This document shows, in pieces, positions 61,898 to 64,000 of a stretch of 64,000 nt of DNA. Origin of the DNA: an uncultured Thermoanaerobaculia bacterium (GTDB taxonomy: Bacteria; Acidobacteriota; Thermoanaerobaculia; Thermoanaerobaculales; Sulfomarinibacteraceae). Where the stretch lies: assembly GCA_964641295.1 (NCBI GenBank), contig CAZXNA010000001.1, forward strand, positions 19,256 through 83,255, read 5' to 3'. The position numbers and the translations under genes were made by a program. Below the pieces are notes generated by a model, which saw only the letters and a program-made list of their open reading frames with translations, had not been told where the DNA came from and searched no databases. The stretch's first letter is position 1. Every line of letters begins with the position of its first letter.

Positions 61898-63715
61898 ATG
61901 ATGGACGGGATGAGCTGCGCCAGGATCACAGTGGTGCTCCTTCTGAGCCTGGTGGTCGTCGTGCCCTCGTGGGCCGGCGATCCGGCCCGCCACGAACCGG
62001 GAGAAACCATCGGCGTCCTGCTCGAGCGCGCGCGAGACCGCAAGCTGACACCCCGGCAACGGCGGGATGCGGCCGAGAGGGCCCTCGAACTGGCCAGGAT
62101 CCGCGGTGACACCAAGGCCAAGGCCGAGGCCAACTATGCCCTGGCCCAGGCGGAGTGGGATGCCGAGGATTTGGGTCCCGCACTGGAGCATTGCAGTGTC
62201 GCCAGGAGGCTCTACAAGGTGACGGGCGATTCCGACGGGGCCCTCTCGGCTCTCCGGCGAAGCGGCGACATCCTGTACCGGCTGGGCGATTACGGCGGCG
62301 CCATGGAGCGGTACGTCACCGTCCTCCAGGAGGCCGAGGAGCTCGCCGCAACCGACCCCGGGCCGGTCCACCGGCTGGCGGTGGGCCACGTCCACGTCAC
62401 CATGGGAAACGTGCTCCGCCGTACCGGGGACGAGGACCAGGCCCTGGCCGAGTATCAGAGCGCCCTGAAGATCTACGAAGGGGAGGGGTATGAGCTGGGG
62501 CAGGCCGGCCTGGAGCTCAACATGGGTAATCTCCTCTTCGATACGGGCCGTAACGAGGAGGCGCTGCACTACTACGAGCGGGCCGTCGACCTGGCCCGGA
62601 AGGTCGGGAACGATCCCCTTCTCTCCATGGCGCTGACCAATCTGGGCGCCACCGAGGTGCGGCTTGGAAAGCTCGATTCGGCCCGCGCCGCCATCCATGA
62701 GTCGGTCGCCATCTGCCAGCGGATTGGCCGGACGCGGGGCCAGTTGCACAACCACACGGCCCTGGGTGATCTCCTGGCCGCCGAGGGCCACCCACGCCGG
62801 GCGCTGGGTCAGTACGAGACGGCGCTCGACCTGGCCAAGGAGCTCGAAGATCTGAATCAGGTGGCGGCGATCCACGGGAGGATGGCCGACCTCCTTCACG
62901 CCATGGGGCGCGACGGTGCTGCCTTCGACCACCTCAAGAAGGAGCGGGAGATCTCCCGGAAGATCCTTGACGCCGAGGAGGCAGCCCGTATCTCGGGCCT
63001 GCGGACGGCCACGGAGGCCGAGCGGCGCGAAGCCCAGTTGGCCCTGCTGCAACAACGCGAGGCCGCCGAGCGCTCCAAGAACCGCCTCCTGGGCCTTAGC
63101 CTCGGTGTCGTCTCCCTGCTCTTGATCGTGACCGTCGGCGGGCTGCTGTCCCGGGCCCGGGTCCACCGGCAGATGCTCCGCGAGAGAGTCGAGCTCGAGC
63201 AGGCCTTCGAGAGAATGAAGGAGCTGTCCCGCACGGACGAGCTGACGGGCCTCCCAAACCGGCGGGACGCTCTCCTGCGGCTGGCCGACGACGTTCAGCG
63301 CTCGGCCCGGAATGGCGAGACCTTCGGACTGGGGATCGCCGACGTCGACGGGCTCAAGGCCGTCAACGACCGCTTCGGCCATCAGGTCGGAGACCGCCTC
63401 CTCATGGGCGTCTCCCAGGCCATCGTCAGCTGCCTGAGAGAACCCGACTACGTTGCCCGTTGGGGAGGAGACGAGTTCCTCCTGATCTTCGCTGCGGTGG
63501 ATACGCCCGGCCTGCGGACCGCCATGGAAAGGGTGATGGCCGCCGTGCGGAGGACGCGAATAACCCACGAGGTCGGCACCCTTAACCCGACCCTCTCCTG
63601 CGGCCTCGTGCTCTGCAGCGGCGGAGACCTGGAGCGTTGGCTCCAGAAGGCGTACGCCGCCCTCTATCGTTCCAAGTCCAAGGGCCGCAACGGCTACGAG
63701 ATCCACGAGGGATAA
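61898..63715 (+). CDS. TPR-repeat sensor diguanylate cyclase (signal peptide, TPRs, coiled coil, TM, GGDEF)
   Basis: N-terminal ITVVLLLSLVVVVPSWA, several TPR-like repeats (ALELARIRGD..., LGDYGGAMERY..., ALHYYERAVDLA...), TM LLGLSLGVVSLLLIVTVGGLL, and a GGDEF domain with an RxxD I-site (LREPDYVARWGGDEFLLIF). Confidence 0.9.
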   Translation: MMDGMSCARITVVLLLSLVVVVPSWAGDPARHEPGETIGVLLERARDRKLTPRQRRDAAERALELARIRGDTKAKAEANYALAQAEWDAEDLGPALEHCSVARRLYKVTGDSDGALSALRRSGDILYRLGDYGGAMERYVTVLQEAEELAATDPGPVHRLAVGHVHVTMGNVLRRTGDEDQALAEYQSALKIYEGEGYELGQAGLELNMGNLLFDTGRNEEALHYYERAVDLARKVGNDPLLSMALTNLGATEVRLGKLDSARAAIHESVAICQRIGRTRGQLHNHTALGDLLAAEGHPRRALGQYETALDLAKELEDLNQVAAIHGRMADLLHAMGRDGAAFDHLKKEREISRKILDAEEAARISGLRTATEAERREAQLALLQQREAAERSKNRLLGLSLGVVSLLLIVTVGGLLSRARVHRQMLRERVELEQAFERMKELSRTDELTGLPNRRDALLRLADDVQRSARNGETFGLGIADVDGLKAVNDRFGHQVGDRLLMGVSQAIVSCLREPDYVARWGGDEFLLIFAAVDTPGLRTAMERVMAAVRRTRITHEVGTLNPTLSCGLVLCSGGDLERWLQKAYAALYRSKSKGRNGYEIHEG

Positions 63716-63824
63716 AGGCCGGGTGGCGGTGCCGTCGAGCGCGGCCTTTGCCACGGAACGCCCCGCGGGGCTGGAGATCGGCCGAGACCAGGAATCCGTG
63801 GGAAGGCCGGTGCCCTGATGACTC

Positions 63825-63851
63825 AAAAAAACACCACCCGCGGGGGTGGTG
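63825..63851 (-). terminator. rho-independent terminator downstream of tRNA-Arg
   Basis: Minus strand reads CACCACCC-CCGC-GGGTGGTG followed by TTTTTTT. This is an 8-bp GC-rich stem (63832..63839 pairing with 63844..63851) plus a T7 run (63825..63831). Confidence 0.8.
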
Positions 63852-63868
63852 GGACTCTGTGACTGAAG

Positions 63869-63945
63869 TGGCGCGCCGGAAGGGACTCGAACCCCTAACC
63901 TTCTGATCCGTAGTCAGATGCTCTATCCAGTTGAGCTACCGGCGC
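63869..63945 (-). tRNA. tRNA-Arg (anticodon ACG)
   Basis: 77-nt cloverleaf folded by hand: acceptor GCGCCGG/CCGGCGC, anticodon loop CTACGGA, T-loop GGTTCGAGTCC, encoded CCA. Confidence 0.9.
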
Positions 63946-64000
63946 AGCCCAGGAACGAAATGATGCCACAAGAGCCTCCGGGATGCAAGATTCGCCGCGG

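Noticed and set aside
61862-63826. 654-aa minus-strand ORF
   Set aside because: It is antisense to the TPR-GGDEF gene (GGDEF, RxxD, TPR repeats and signal peptide are all on the plus strand).

Overview
This is a GC-rich bacterial chromosomal segment (about two-thirds G+C by eye, not computed) centred on the replication origin.

**Left arm (5.7-23.4 kb).** Every gene is on the minus strand: cutA, lexA, tRNA-Pro, an NSS transporter, a partial F1Fo operon (atpF'-F-H-A-G-D-C, with no atpB/E), bactofilin, parB, parA, rsmG, mnmG, mnmE, jag, yidC, yidD, rnpA and rpmH.

**Right arm (23.5-36.3 kb).** Every gene is on the plus strand: dnaA, dnaN, recF, gyrB, gyrA, a CPBP protease, pdxS, pdxT, a crotonase-like gene and a hypothetical gene.

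**Origin and partition sites.** A DnaA-box cluster plus the only AT-rich patch I noticed marks oriC in the dnaA-dnaN spacer. Two near-consensus parS sites lie inside the parA and mnmG coding sequence.

**Rest of the window.**
- An edge-truncated tryptophanase-like gene that the ORF track misses.
- LMW-PTP.
- An orphan RsbW/STAS pair followed by ispA and a membrane AP-like protein.
- Cyclophilin.
- An MBL hydrolase.
- dprA-topA-trmFO, with a convergent xerC.
- A 4-gene translationally coupled glycosylation operon.
- A membrane metallophosphoesterase.
- A dikinase-like / long GAPDH / SDR operon.
- tonB.
- glpD followed by a double-DUF3592 protein, a small beta protein and a TPR-GGDEF cyclase.
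- tRNA-Arg.

**ORF track caveats.** The track is dominated by very long antisense or out-of-frame ORFs, as expected at high GC. Several listed ORFs are over-extended at the 5' end, so I re-set starts from conserved N-termini, Shine-Dalgarno motifs and stop/start overlaps.

**What I did not see.** No CRISPR array, transposase/IS, prophage, rRNA, or recognisable defence or toxin-antitoxin genes.

**Most novel-looking items.**
1. The operon led by a 1375-aa PPDK-like protein that has no PEP/pyruvate domain.
2. A single reading frame that stays open across rpmH, rnpA and yidD.
3. The fused giant polytopic protein at the head of the glycosyltransferase operon.
4. The DUF3592 / arrestin-like / GGDEF group.

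All functional calls come from motif recognition by eye. No searches were run.
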